Sequence record: SRR20825006_218
Length of the DNA stretch: 42,120 nt
Strand: one strand, 5' to 3'
Shown: positions 1 to 10,082 of the stretch, piece by piece
How positions within the stretch are numbered: the first letter of the stretch is position 1
Layout: each line of letters opens with the position of its first letter
Program-made: the position numbers and the translations under genes
Notes under the pieces: generated by a model
Seen by the model: only the letters and a program-made list of their open reading frames with translations
Told to the model about the DNA's origin: nothing
The model's database searches: none

Positions 1-5
1 GAACT

Positions 6-48
6 AAAAAAACGATGTCTGAGCGGAGCCAAAGACGGAGTTTTTTTT
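6..48 (-). terminator. Hairpin/REP-like element flanked by A- and T-runs; likely terminator for the 76..378 gene
   Basis: AAAAAAAC-gat-GTCT-gagcggagccaa-AGAC-gga-GTTTTTTTT; lies about 30 nt past the stop of the minus-strand gene. Confidence 0.4.
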
Positions 49-75
49 GTCTTACTCACTAAAAGACCTACAACA

Positions 76-378
76 CTACAACACTGTGTAAATTAAGACT
101 GTCATTGAAACCACAACAACTGCAACAAACAATCCAACCACCCATTTCATTGGAGCCAGTGCAATATTCGCTGCATTTGCCGCCATAGTAGTTACTGAAA
201 GAAAAATTAACGGAACGGTTTGTTCCTCAACACTCAGGTTACTGCAAACAAAAGCCACCGCTACCGAAGCAATACAGCTCTGAATAAGGATCCCAATAAA
301 TAAGATCCCGTAGCGATTAAACTCTACTGTCTTCCAAAATTCAGCAAGTTCTTTACTTGTTTCTTTCCGTTCCATCAT
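76..378 (-). CDS. Small integral membrane protein (about 3 TM), hypothetical
   Basis: 100-aa ORF with three hydrophobic stretches; divergent from the Crp/Fnr gene. Confidence 0.8.
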   Translation of the reverse strand: MMERKETSKELAEFWKTVEFNRYGILFIGILIQSCIASVAVAFVCSNLSVEEQTVPLIFLSVTTMAANAANIALAPMKWVVGLFVAVVVVSMTVLIYTVL

Positions 379-432
379 TTTATATTTAGTTTATTATTTC
401 TTCATGTAAAGTTCTGAACTAGCGAATGGTTT

Positions 433-454
433 ACTTATGACTTAGATCATAAGT
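433..454. promoter_or_regulatory. CRP/FNR-type operator ACTTATGA-N6-TCATAAGT
   Basis: Perfect 8-bp inverted repeat with 6-nt spacer (TGA-N6-TCA core) between the divergent membrane-protein and Crp/Fnr genes. Confidence 0.75.
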
Positions 455-486
455 GGAAGTCGAGATTATTCGTTAATTTGTAGAAC

Positions 487-1083
487 ATGATCGAAGAATC
501 CATCCTTCTGGAATACCAAGCTGTAGAGCGACATTACGCCAAAGATGAAATCGTGTTTTCAAAAGGGGATAAACCGCGGTTTTACTTTCAACTAATTTCT
601 GGCGAGATAAAAATGAACTCATACAATGATGCCGGGAAAGAATTTATCCAAGGAATATTCTCCGACAATAGAAGTTTTGGAGAACCGCCTCTTTTGGGAA
701 ATTTCGATTATCCTGCAAACGCAATTGCTCTGAAGGATTCACGGGTTCTCATCCTAGGGAAAGACCGATTCGTTGAATTGCTTTTGGCAAACCCAACAAT
801 TCACTTGGAGTTTACTCGAATTTTAGCTGATCGCCTATACTACAAAGCAATCATGGCGTCCGGAAACTCCAACGAAAAGGCGGAAGAACGAATTTTAACG
901 CTCATCGACTATTTAAAATTTCATATCTATAAAATTCCAAAGGAAACCCCGTTTGAGATTGACTTGACCCGTCAACAAATAGCCGATTTGACAGGACTTC
1001 GGGTCGAGACTGTGATTAGAACACTCAAAAAAATGGAAGAGAAAAATGAAATTCATATTGCGAAGAGAAAACTCTATCGTTGA
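487..1083 (+). CDS. Crp/Fnr family transcriptional regulator
   Basis: cNMP-binding-like N-domain (SFGEPPL, YPANAIA) and C-terminal HTH LTRQQIADLTGLRVETVIRTLKKM; no FNR Cys cluster. Confidence 0.95.
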   Translation: MIEESILLEYQAVERHYAKDEIVFSKGDKPRFYFQLISGEIKMNSYNDAGKEFIQGIFSDNRSFGEPPLLGNFDYPANAIALKDSRVLILGKDRFVELLLANPTIHLEFTRILADRLYYKAIMASGNSNEKAEERILTLIDYLKFHIYKIPKETPFEIDLTRQQIADLTGLRVETVIRTLKKMEEKNEIHIAKRKLYR

Positions 1084-1111
1084 ACATAAATCGATTACCT
1101 AATAAAAGAAA

Positions 1112-1513
1112 ATGAAAACAATAGACTCAAGAGTAGATCTGCAATTACTGATCAATCTATTCTACGAAAAAGTAAGAGCAGATGAATCGCTTGGCCCCAT
1201 TTTCAACACGGTGATTCCAGAAGAAAAATGGCCCGAACACCTAGAAAAACTCACCGATTTCTGGGAAACGAGTTTATTTGGAGCCAAGAAATACAAAGGA
1301 AATCCATTACTCAGTCATCAAGAAGCAGATGCCAAAGTTGGAAATACTATAGAAAATGAACACTTTGGAAAATGGCTTTACCTTTGGTTTCAAACGATAG
1401 ATGAATTGTTCACAGGTGAACGCGCCCAAAGAGCAAAAGACGCTGCCAGAAACATGTCTATTGTCCAATATGTCGCAATTTGGAAGGCGAGAAACAAGCA
1501 CATTACGAGCTAG
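1112..1513 (+). CDS. Group III truncated haemoglobin
   Basis: FYEKVRADESLGPIF, HLEKLTDFWET, Y.GNPL..H and HFGKWLYLWFQTIDELF motifs typical of trHbP/Ctb. Confidence 0.93.
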   Translation: MKTIDSRVDLQLLINLFYEKVRADESLGPIFNTVIPEEKWPEHLEKLTDFWETSLFGAKKYKGNPLLSHQEADAKVGNTIENEHFGKWLYLWFQTIDELFTGERAQRAKDAARNMSIVQYVAIWKARNKHITS

Positions 1514-1529
1514 TTACGATCGTAGGGAA

Positions 1530-1952
1530 TTAACGAATCGCGATTGAAATACTTTTATCTTCTTGAACAGAAACCTTTGACTCCGAAAATGATGGGGCAC
1601 TGAACGTTCCTCGAGCATTATTAGAAAATCCATATCGCTCAGTTGGAACTCCAAAGAAATTCTTGTCGAGCTTTCCATTTTTGTTGACATCCTGATAGAC
1701 GGCCACGGCGTAAGTATTTTTGGGAAGTCGCGGAAGTGTGTATTTTCCATCTTCTAGCTTGCTTACCGCAATTTTAGCATACTTAAATGGACTTGAATCA
1801 CTTGGAAAATCATCCGTGGACCTATAAATGGCCATTACTAAATTCCCTTTTTCTCCATCGAACCCAGTTACTTTAACTGATAAATCAACAGACTCAGCTG
1901 GGATCATTGCTAATTGACAAAAGGCAAGGCCTATAAAAAGTGATTTTATCAT
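1530..1952 (-). CDS. DUF2141 domain exported protein
   Basis: Signal peptide; YAVAVYQDVNKNGKLDKNFFGVPTERYGFSNN signature. Confidence 0.9.
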   Translation of the reverse strand: MIKSLFIGLAFCQLAMIPAESVDLSVKVTGFDGEKGNLVMAIYRSTDDFPSDSSPFKYAKIAVSKLEDGKYTLPRLPKNTYAVAVYQDVNKNGKLDKNFFGVPTERYGFSNNARGTFSAPSFSESKVSVQEDKSISIAIR

Positions 1953-2045
1953 TGTATCTAAAATTAACAGAAAAACAGCATTGACAAAACCCTGTTATTC
2001 ATTTTTGAGATCATCTTTCCCCCGATTTACTCGATTGCTTATCTC

Positions 2046-3593
2046 CTATTCTGAAACGCTATTCTTTGCAATTTCCTGCATACATTTCATCCCATCAATT
2101 GCCGCTGAGATAATTCCTCCCGCATATCCTGCACCTTCTGCGCAAGGATAAAGCCCTTTCACATCTGGATGCTGTAATTGTTCATTTCTCGGAATCTGGA
2201 TCGGTGATGAAGTTCTAGACTCTGGAGCGTGCAATACGGCTTCATTGGTAAAGTACCCGTTCATCTTTCCTCCAAAGTCCTTAAACGCCTTCCGAAGACG
2301 TCTTGCAATCATATCTGGAAGCACTTTGTTTAAGTCAACACTTGCCAACCCTGGTTGATAAGACGTTTTAGGCAGTGTTTTCGAGATCCGACCTTCAACG
2401 AAATCAATCATCCTTTGAGCGGGAACTTTTTGCGTTTTCCCTGCGGCTTCCCAACATTTCTTCTCAACCATTTGTTGGAATTCAAGGCAAACCATTGGAT
2501 TCGTTTTGTAATCGTCGAAGTCTTCTGGAAACACTCCTACCACAATTCCTGAATTTGAATATGGGTTATTTCGCTTACTCGGCGACCAACCGTTGGTAAC
2601 CACTTCTTCCTGATTGGTGGAACAAGGAGCAATAATTCCTCCTGGACACATACAAAACGAATACACTCCTCGACCATCTACTTGGGTAACCAAACTATAG
2701 GATGCTGGTGGAAGAAAATCATCGTTTAACCTTCCATGATATTGAATTGTATCGATTAATTCTTGTCCATGTTCTATTCGCACGCCCAACGCAAATCCTT
2801 TTGCCTCAAGTTTCCATCCTTTGGAGTGAATCAATTCAAAAATGTCTCGTGCAGAATGTCCAGTTGCCAAAATAACATGCTTCAACATTCGTTTTTCGGT
2901 ACCATTGATTTCCACTCCAACGATTTCTCCATTTTCTGCTAGAAGATCTGTAACCTTTGTATCGAAATGAACTTCTCCCCCATGCTCGATAATCGTTTCG
3001 CGCATAGAAACAATAATTTGAGGGAGTTTATTTGTTCCAATATGTGGATGAGCGTCTACTAGAATTTCCTCTGTTGCGCCAAAATGCACAAACCATTCAA
3101 GAGCCTTTTGAACATCTCCACGCTTCTTAGATCGCGTGTATAGCTTGCCATCGGAATAGGTTCCTGCACCGCCTTCCCCAAAACAATAATTTGATTCAGA
3201 ATTAACAATTGATTCTTTATTCAGCAATGCCAAGTCACGTCTTCGTGATCGAACATCTTTACCTCGTTCAAAAATGATTGGTTTGAGTCCTAGTTCCAAC
3301 GCTTGAAGCGCAGCGAATAAACCAGCTGGACCTGCTCCAATGATTCCTACTTCAGGCTTATCGTTTACATTTTTTGGTTCGAAAGAAGAAAGAGATTCTT
3401 CAGTTTCACCTGATAAAAAAACGTCAAACGTCGCATTGATTTTTATCTGACGCTTTCGTGCATCCACGGATCGTTTCTTCCACTTAAATGAAAATGCTTC
3501 ATTTAAACGAAGTTCATCCTGAATGCGTTTACGCAAATAAACGTCATCCTTTGCCTGCTCTGGGGTAATCTGAAACTGAATACTTTTCGCCAT
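2046..3593 (-). CDS. NAD(P)/FAD-dependent oxidoreductase (uncharacterised FAD-dependent dehydrogenase family)
   Basis: GAGPAG Rossmann motif, FGEGGAGTYSDGKL, SFCMCPGG, ESRTSSP, GAGYAGGI. Confidence 0.92.
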   Translation of the reverse strand: MAKSIQFQITPEQAKDDVYLRKRIQDELRLNEAFSFKWKKRSVDARKRQIKINATFDVFLSGETEESLSSFEPKNVNDKPEVGIIGAGPAGLFAALQALELGLKPIIFERGKDVRSRRRDLALLNKESIVNSESNYCFGEGGAGTYSDGKLYTRSKKRGDVQKALEWFVHFGATEEILVDAHPHIGTNKLPQIIVSMRETIIEHGGEVHFDTKVTDLLAENGEIVGVEINGTEKRMLKHVILATGHSARDIFELIHSKGWKLEAKGFALGVRIEHGQELIDTIQYHGRLNDDFLPPASYSLVTQVDGRGVYSFCMCPGGIIAPCSTNQEEVVTNGWSPSKRNNPYSNSGIVVGVFPEDFDDYKTNPMVCLEFQQMVEKKCWEAAGKTQKVPAQRMIDFVEGRISKTLPKTSYQPGLASVDLNKVLPDMIARRLRKAFKDFGGKMNGYFTNEAVLHAPESRTSSPIQIPRNEQLQHPDVKGLYPCAEGAGYAGGIISAAIDGMKCMQEIAKNSVSE

Positions 3594-4321
3594 TATCCTT
3601 CAAAGATAAGCGAGAACCACCATCCTTTGCTATAAAATTGATCGATTGGATTGGAAACAGGCGTATTGTCTTGAATAAACGAATTTCTGAGTCCATGCGA
3701 GTACTTTAATTCCATTCCAAATTTGAAATACTCTGCGAAGAATTCTACGCCACCTCCAATTTGACCTTGAAAATCAAATTTCTTCATTTTTATGAACGGA
3801 TTCACGAAGTTCTGACTTGCTTCTTGTTGCGATTGAAGGTCGATTGAATATTGTCCACCAATCAACACGTAAGCCGCAAAATTATTTAATCTCAAGGTTC
3901 TAAATTGGAACATTACTGGAAAATCTAGGCTCGTTGAACTAATTCGCTCAACATTTATAGAGTCGCCTGTATAAGAATCGTCAATAAATCGATAATTCAG
4001 CACTCGTTCCTGAAAAGAAAGCGTAGGAATAAATCTTAGTCTAACAACTGGCGTTCCCAACTTCAGTGTACTCACAATTCCCAGTTGACCTCCTGGAGTG
4101 GATTCAGCCGTTAATGATGTTACTCCGTACGTTTCAAACGCATCGGCTTTGTTGTACAGTGTATAATTCGAAGTATTTCCACCGAGCATAAACCCGAAAT
4201 GAATTGTACGCTCATCAAAACGACGATAATTCTGTGGTTTATCTTTTTGAGAAAACGCACAAAACGACATCGAGAGAAAGAATATTGCTAAAAACTTCAT
4301 GTTAATCAAACGGAAACGCAT
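3593..4321 (-). CDS. porT: T9SS/gliding outer-membrane beta-barrel PorT/SprT
   Basis: Signal peptide (start may be ATG 4300), HFGFMLG, LRFIPTLSFQER, C-terminal FSLIFEG; position after ubiE as in other Bacteroidota. Confidence 0.85.
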   Translation of the reverse strand: MRFRLINMKFLAIFFLSMSFCAFSQKDKPQNYRRFDERTIHFGFMLGGNTSNYTLYNKADAFETYGVTSLTAESTPGGQLGIVSTLKLGTPVVRLRFIPTLSFQERVLNYRFIDDSYTGDSINVERISSTSLDFPVMFQFRTLRLNNFAAYVLIGGQYSIDLQSQQEASQNFVNPFIKMKKFDFQGQIGGGVEFFAEYFKFGMELKYSHGLRNSFIQDNTPVSNPIDQFYSKGWWFSLIFEG

Positions 4322-4338
4322 TCTCCTTTATTGTAAAA

Positions 4339-5082
4339 TTATGATTTCTTTACTCCTGAATATATTGTAGCTATTCCGCCGGTTACCGTGCGTGCCTTTA
4401 CATCTGTGTAACCAATCTTCTCCAAGATCTCTGTAAACGCTTTGCCTTCTGGGAACGCTGCCACCGATTCAGGTAAATAAGTGTACGCTCTTGCGTCTTT
4501 TGAAATCCGTTTTCCAAAGAAAGGAATGATTCGCTTTGAGTAGAATCCGAACAATTGTTTCATTGGAAATTTCTTCGGTTTTGAGAACTCCAAAATGACC
4601 GCTTTTCCCCCTGGGCGAAGAACACGAAGCATATCCGCTAATCCTTTTTCGAGGTTCTCGTAGTTTCGAACGCCAAAACCAACTGTCAGGGCATCAAAAT
4701 ATCCATCTTCAAAAGGCAGCTCTTCTGAATCACCGATGCGCATTTGCACAATGTGATCCACTGCTTTCTTTTTCATTTTCTCAATTCCAACATCAAGCAT
4801 TCCTTGAGAAATATCGACTCCGATCACTTCTTTTGGGTTTAGTTTTAATGCAGCAATTGCGAAATCACCTGTTCCCGTTGCGATATCTAAAATTCGCTGA
4901 GGCTTAATATCAACTAACTCACGAATCGCCTTTCTTCTCCATCCTTTATCAATTCCAAGTGATAAAAAATGATTGAGAAAATCATATCGACCCGAAATCT
5001 TGTTAAACATTTCTGCCACTTCTTCTTTTTTAGAAGAACTCTCTCTGTTGTATGGCTTTACTTCTGTTTTCTCTTCTGTCAT
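4339..5082 (-). CDS. ubiE: Demethylmenaquinone methyltransferase UbiE/MenG
   Basis: [28 protein letters not shown] motif, [17 protein letters not shown] at 5082 preferred over TTG 5103. Confidence 0.95.
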   Translation of the reverse strand: MTEEKTEVKPYNRESSSKKEEVAEMFNKISGRYDFLNHFLSLGIDKGWRRKAIRELVDIKPQRILDIATGTGDFAIAALKLNPKEVIGVDISQGMLDVGIEKMKKKAVDHIVQMRIGDSEELPFEDGYFDALTVGFGVRNYENLEKGLADMLRVLRPGGKAVILEFSKPKKFPMKQLFGFYSKRIIPFFGKRISKDARAYTYLPESVAAFPEGKAFTEILEKIGYTDVKARTVTGGIATIYSGVKKS

Positions 5083-5099
5083 ACTCGTATCTATTTTGA

Positions 5100-6929
5100 T
5101 CAACCGATCATGGTGTGTCCCTCAGGATACTTATAATTTCTACTGATTACTTTTTTACCTACTAAGTACGCAAGCGTTAGCGTTCCTACCCGTCCAATAA
5201 ACATTGCTACAATGAGCACAAACTTTCCAGCCGAGCTCAATTCGGGTGTAATTCCACGGGATAATCCAACGGTACTCGCCGCGGAAACATGTTCAAAGAC
5301 TAAATCCATGAAATCGTATTTACCCGTTGCCAAAAGGTCGGCCTCCGTTATTGAAAGAATAAATGGACCAATAATATTACCGATAACGAAGAACATGAAG
5401 ATCGAATATGCTTTTAAGATCGTGTCGTTCGTAAGTGTTCTTTTGAACAATTCTGTATGCTTTCTTCCTTTAATTGTTGAAATAACCGACGCACACATAA
5501 TTGCGAATGTTGAAGTCCTGATTCCCCCACCCGCTGAACCGGAAGACGCTCCAATGAACATTAAAAAGAGAAATACAATCAACACAGGCATGGTAAGGTC
5601 TGTTGTATTGACGACATTAAATCCTGCATTTCTGGTTGTCATTGACTCAAACAACGCCGTTACTGTAGCTTTCAGAGGATTCATCCCTTGCAAACTATGA
5701 TTCCATTCAAAGATCATGAAGACGACTGCCCCAAAAACCAACAATCCTAGTGTGAAATAAAGAGAAACTTTCGTTCCGAACTCGATGGTTTTCCAAGGCT
5801 TTCGCATTCGCTCTCGCAGTCTGCTAATTTCAAAAATATCAAACACGTAGATCATTCCGAATCCTCCTAAAAAGAACAGGATCATTACAACTGTGTGTAC
5901 GAATGTATTATTAATTACATCGGGATGCATTAGACCGCCTTGCAGCGTGGAAAGTCCAGCATTGTTGAATCCCGAAAGTGCATGGAACGCGGATTGAAAC
6001 ACCCTATTTCCTGAATCTTCAAAAACCCCTTCACTTCCAAAGCCAATGAAAAGTAAAATGAACCCAATAATTTCTATGGAAGTTGACCAAACTACAATCT
6101 TAGCGAGCATCGACTTTGCTTTTAGGATCGAATCTCGATTTACAAAATCTTCTATTACCTCGTGGTATTTAATTCCTACACCAAATTTGGCGACAACCAA
6201 CATAATCGCACCAAATGCAATGGTGTTTAAGCCTCCCAGTTTGATTAAGATCAGTACGATCATTTGCCCTTTAAATGTCAGAGCGCCTGCCAAGTCGACA
6301 GTTGATAATCCAGTAACGCTCACGGAAGACATTGACAGAAACAACGCATCTGTAAACGGCATTCCACCTTCAATTCGCGACATTTCAGGAAGCATGAGCA
6401 ACAGCCCACCGACCAAGGTCATCATTGCAATCGAAATCGTGAATAACCATCCTGGGTGAATTTTTAACCAAGGGCGATATTTTCCTTCCTTCAATAAATT
6501 ATTGACGATAATGATAAAGATGAACAGTTGGACAAAAATCGTTGAGAACGTTCCGAAATCTCTGAATCCCATAGACTCGAACAACGGCTCGATAATCATG
6601 GTTCCGAACAAATTATAGGCGATTCCTTCGACCAATAACAGTGCAACAATTATCCCCTCAAACCAGTTATCTCTAATGAACTGGGGCGGATTAAAATCAT
6701 AAAACAGTTTGGTTAAATATCTTAGGATATAAAAACCAAAACTGACTTCTAAAATCCCGAAACACGTTGCCTTGGAAGCCGGTGTTAGTTCAAATCCGTA
6801 ATAATAAACGAGTACACAAATCGCTATAAGTGAAACGAGAACGTTCAACGCTGAAAGTAATCCCAACACTTTCGGCTTAGAATCATAAATCAAGAGATTT
6901 ACGCGTTCACGAAACTCGCGAATGTTCAT
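5100..6929 (-). CDS. trkH: Trk/Ktr potassium uptake membrane subunit (KtrB/TrkH family) with N-terminal TM extension
   Basis: Four pore-loop motifs [41 protein letters not shown] overlap with upstream rfaE1. Confidence 0.92.
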   Translation of the reverse strand: MNIREFRERVNLLIYDSKPKVLGLLSALNVLVSLIAICVLVYYYGFELTPASKATCFGILEVSFGFYILRYLTKLFYDFNPPQFIRDNWFEGIIVALLLVEGIAYNLFGTMIIEPLFESMGFRDFGTFSTIFVQLFIFIIIVNNLLKEGKYRPWLKIHPGWLFTISIAMMTLVGGLLLMLPEMSRIEGGMPFTDALFLSMSSVSVTGLSTVDLAGALTFKGQMIVLILIKLGGLNTIAFGAIMLVVAKFGVGIKYHEVIEDFVNRDSILKAKSMLAKIVVWSTSIEIIGFILLFIGFGSEGVFEDSGNRVFQSAFHALSGFNNAGLSTLQGGLMHPDVINNTFVHTVVMILFFLGGFGMIYVFDIFEISRLRERMRKPWKTIEFGTKVSLYFTLGLLVFGAVVFMIFEWNHSLQGMNPLKATVTALFESMTTRNAGFNVVNTTDLTMPVLIVFLFLMFIGASSGSAGGGIRTSTFAIMCASVISTIKGRKHTELFKRTLTNDTILKAYSIFMFFVIGNIIGPFILSITEADLLATGKYDFMDLVFEHVSAASTVGLSRGITPELSSAGKFVLIVAMFIGRVGTLTLAYLVGKKVISRNYKYPEGHTMIG

Positions 6930-7915
6930 ACTTCTTTTAAGTTTTCTATCTCTTGCATGAGTAGTTTCGGATCAATTGGAGCGACTCCGCTTACTTCGCA
7001 TACTAAACCGCCTGATAAATTCGCAATGTCAGCGATTTCTTTCAATGGTAATCCTGCCGTTAAACAAAGCGTTGCAACAGCAATTACTGTATCTCCAGCT
7101 CCGCTCACATCAGCAATATTTCTGATGTGCGCAGGAATATAATTTTTGTCCTCCCCTTCTTTGATAAATACGCCGTATTCCGAAAGTGTCACAAAAGTGA
7201 TCCTGTTTTCAAGCTGTTTTTCCAATTCTTGCACCGCTCGTTCAAAATCAACACGATTCTTTGACAAATCAAAATGAATTCCAACGCCCTCCTTTAATTC
7301 TTTCAAGTTTGGCTTAAACAATGTTACTCCCTTGTATTCAAAGAAGTTATCCTTTTTTGGATCAACTGTTACTGGAACATCGTATTGTTTCGCTAGGGCG
7401 ATGGTTTCTTGAATTACACGAGTTGTGAGAACACCTTTATTGTAATCTTCAAGAATAATTGCATCCAATCCATTTTGGAGCATTTTTGCAATCCTATCAA
7501 TCAACGCTGATTCTTCTTCGGTAGAAATTGGCACCAAATCTTCTTCGTCAATTCTCAGAAGGTGTTGATTATTTCCAATTACTCTTGTCTTAATTGTTGT
7601 TTGGCGGTCTGGACTTTTCACCAACGCTTCCGTTGACATTCCATTTTTCGCCAATAAATCTGAAAACAAGTTTCCTCCACGATCTGCGCCAATCACAGCA
7701 CACAAAATAGGATCAGCTCCCAATGCGGAGATATTCAACGCTACATTCGCAGCCCCACCTAAACGATCTTCCGTTTTTGTAAGGTTAACGATTGGCACCG
7801 GTGCTTCTGGACTTATTCTGCTTACTTTTCCTCGTAAATATGCATCAATCATTACGTCACCAACCACAAGGATTCGTTTGGTTTTAAACTGATTAAATAA
7901 GTCCTGAACGTTCAT
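6926..7915 (-). CDS. rfaE1: D-glycero-D-manno-heptose-7-phosphate kinase (HldE/RfaE domain I, PfkB family)
   Basis: VGDVMID.Y..G.V.RISPEAPVP, GGAANVA, DYNKGVL, VDPK, DVSGAGDTV. Confidence 0.92.
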   Translation of the reverse strand: MNVQDLFNQFKTKRILVVGDVMIDAYLRGKVSRISPEAPVPIVNLTKTEDRLGGAANVALNISALGADPILCAVIGADRGGNLFSDLLAKNGMSTEALVKSPDRQTTIKTRVIGNNQHLLRIDEEDLVPISTEEESALIDRIAKMLQNGLDAIILEDYNKGVLTTRVIQETIALAKQYDVPVTVDPKKDNFFEYKGVTLFKPNLKELKEGVGIHFDLSKNRVDFERAVQELEKQLENRITFVTLSEYGVFIKEGEDKNYIPAHIRNIADVSGAGDTVIAVATLCLTAGLPLKEIADIANLSGGLVCEVSGVAPIDPKLLMQEIENLKEV

Positions 7916-9108
7916 TAAGCTAATTTTTCCAATGCAACTTTAACACGATTCATTGCTTCTGTCAGCACCTCTTCAGATGCAGCATAAGAAATTCGGATAC
8001 AGTTATCGTCTCCAAAGGCATCACCAGAAACAAGTGCCACGTTCGCTTCACTTAAAAGGTACAATGCTAATTCGTTGCTATTGTTAATGACTTTTCCGTT
8101 GTATTGTTTGCCGAAAAAAGACGAAATATCAGGGAAAACGTAAAATGCTCCACCTGGAACATTCGATTTCACACCTTCCATGGAGTTCAATGCATTTAGT
8201 ACCAAGTCACGTCTTCCATTAAACGCAGCCACCATATCTTTCAGAACAGCAGGATCAGCATCCAAGGCGGCAATTGTTGCTTTTTGGGTAATTGAGCATG
8301 TCCCAGAAGTAAATTGACCTTGCATTTTAGCACATGCCGAAGCGATTTCTTTGTTCGCTCCCATGTATCCTAATCTCCAGCCAGTCATTGCCCATGCCTT
8401 TGAAACTCCGTTTACGGTAACAACTTGGTCGAAAATCTCGTCAAATTGAGCTAAACTCTCGTGTTTTGATGAAAAATTGATGTGCTCATAGATTTCATCG
8501 CAAATCACAACCATTTTTGGATGCTTTTGGATTACGTCAGCGAGTGATCGCAATTCTTCTTTGCTATACACCGATCCAGTTGGATTACACGGCGTAGAAA
8601 AAATCATCATTTTGGTTTTATCCGTAATGACTTTCTCAAGTTGTTCGCCCGTAATTTTAAAATCCGTTTCTAATCCAGCGTTTACGATTACTGGAATTCC
8701 TTCCGCTAATTTTACAATTTCGATATATGAAACCCAATATGGAGCTGGGATAATTACTTCGTCTCCTTTGTTTACCACACTCATCACTACATTCGCAATG
8801 GATTGTTTGGCACCTGTTGAAACGACAATTTGATCTTTTTTGTAGTCAAGATTATTATCTCTTTTGAACTTTCTTGAAACTGCCTCACGCAAATCATCAT
8901 ATCCAGGGACTGGCGTATATGTGGTGAAATTATCATCCAAGGCTTTCACGGCTGCTTTTTTGATAAAGTCAGGAGTGTGAAAATCAGGTTCACCCAGACT
9001 AAGAGAAATCACGTCGATTCCTTGGGCTTTTAATTCGCGACTTTTCTGAGACATAGCAATTGTTGCTGACTCTTCCATGGTCATTATTCTATCCGAAAGT
9101 TCAATCAT
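7915..9108 (-). CDS. aspC: Aspartate aminotransferase (class I/II PLP-dependent)
   Basis: GEPDF, NPTG, DEIY, SKAWAMTGWRLG (PLP Lys); start 9108 fits the TAGTTTTG promoter box at 9136-9143. Confidence 0.92.
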   Translation of the reverse strand: MIELSDRIMTMEESATIAMSQKSRELKAQGIDVISLSLGEPDFHTPDFIKKAAVKALDDNFTTYTPVPGYDDLREAVSRKFKRDNNLDYKKDQIVVSTGAKQSIANVVMSVVNKGDEVIIPAPYWVSYIEIVKLAEGIPVIVNAGLETDFKITGEQLEKVITDKTKMMIFSTPCNPTGSVYSKEELRSLADVIQKHPKMVVICDEIYEHINFSSKHESLAQFDEIFDQVVTVNGVSKAWAMTGWRLGYMGANKEIASACAKMQGQFTSGTCSITQKATIAALDADPAVLKDMVAAFNGRRDLVLNALNSMEGVKSNVPGGAFYVFPDISSFFGKQYNGKVINNSNELALYLLSEANVALVSGDAFGDDNCIRISYAASEEVLTEAMNRVKVALEKLA

Positions 9109-9135
9109 TTTTACACGCGTAAAATAAGTAAACCA

Positions 9136-9143
9136 CAAAACTA
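9136..9143 (-). promoter_or_regulatory. Bacteroidota primary-sigma -7 box (TAGTTTTG) for the aspC operon
   Basis: Matches TAnnTTTG about 28 nt upstream of ATG 9108. Confidence 0.55.
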
Positions 9144-9243
9144 CATAAAAGCGTTAAAGCGGAACGAAAAACGGCAACAAGTTTTAAGTGTTCGTTGTGG
9201 ATAAAAAGCCTACTTTGCTTGGCTTTCTATCTGTAAAATCTCC

Positions 9244-9251
9244 TATTTTTG
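9244..9251 (+). promoter_or_regulatory. -7 box TATTTTTG for the acyltransferase pair
   Basis: TAnnTTTG ending 8 nt before ATG 9260; a TTG lies about 22 nt further upstream. Confidence 0.5.
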
Positions 9252-9259
9252 GATTCCTT

Positions 9260-10078
9260 ATGACAAAAGTTAAATTCATAGACGTAGAAGGAATCATTAA
9301 AAGTAAAAATCCCAAATTACTTAAATGGCTTCCGCGATTCGTTGTTAGATACCTAAAAAGGATTATCCATCAAGACGATATTAACGACTTTCTGAACAAA
9401 AACAAAGACAAGAAGAATGCGGAATTTTGCGATGAAGTGATCAAATACTTGGATTTAACTACAAACGTAAAACACATAGAACGCATTCCAAAAAGTGGAA
9501 AAATTGTTATCGCAATGAATCATCCATTGGGCGGTATGGACGCTATTGTCTTGATTTCTGCATTGAGTAATCACCGTCCAGATTTAAAATTTCTTGTCAA
9601 CGATATCTTGCTCAACCTAGAAAGTTTGGGTGATTTATTTGTCGGTGTGAATAAACACGGGAAAAATTCTCAAGACACGCGAAAAAGTATTGAGGCGGTT
9701 TTCCAATCTGAAAGCGCTGTTTGTATTTTCCCTGCAGGTCTTGTTAGCCGAAAAATAAAAGGTGAAGTGAGAGATTTAGAATGGAAAAAGACCTTTGTCA
9801 CATACGCACGTGAGAATGACCGAACAATCATCCCAGTTCACATTGAGGGCAAATTATCGAACTTCTTTTACCGTCTTCACCGATTTCGTACTTTTTTAGG
9901 TATAAAAGCAAACATTGAAATGTTGTATCTTTCGAACGAGCTTTTTAAACAACGGAAAACTCACATTGAATTCACGGTGGGAGAACCAATTGAAGAATCA
10001 CTTCTCAAAAGCCCTCAGGGAGATCGAAAAATTGCCCAACTAATAAAAGAAAGAGTTTACTCACTCGCTAAGCATTAA
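9260..10078 (+). CDS. PlsC-superfamily acyltransferase (GlsA/OlsA-like O-acyltransferase)
   Basis: NHPLGGMD (HxxxxD), CIFPAGLVSR, DLEWKKTF; ATG at 9260 preferred over GTG 9188. Confidence 0.88.
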   Translation: MTKVKFIDVEGIIKSKNPKLLKWLPRFVVRYLKRIIHQDDINDFLNKNKDKKNAEFCDEVIKYLDLTTNVKHIERIPKSGKIVIAMNHPLGGMDAIVLISALSNHRPDLKFLVNDILLNLESLGDLFVGVNKHGKNSQDTRKSIEAVFQSESAVCIFPAGLVSRKIKGEVRDLEWKKTFVTYARENDRTIIPVHIEGKLSNFFYRLHRFRTFLGIKANIEMLYLSNELFKQRKTHIEFTVGEPIEESLLKSPQGDRKIAQLIKERVYSLAKH

Positions 10079-10082
10079 ATTA

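Noticed and set aside
5212-6459. Long plus-strand ORFs (162 aa and 137 aa) antisense to trkH
   Set aside because: Antisense shadows of a hydrophobic membrane-protein gene; no recognisable motifs
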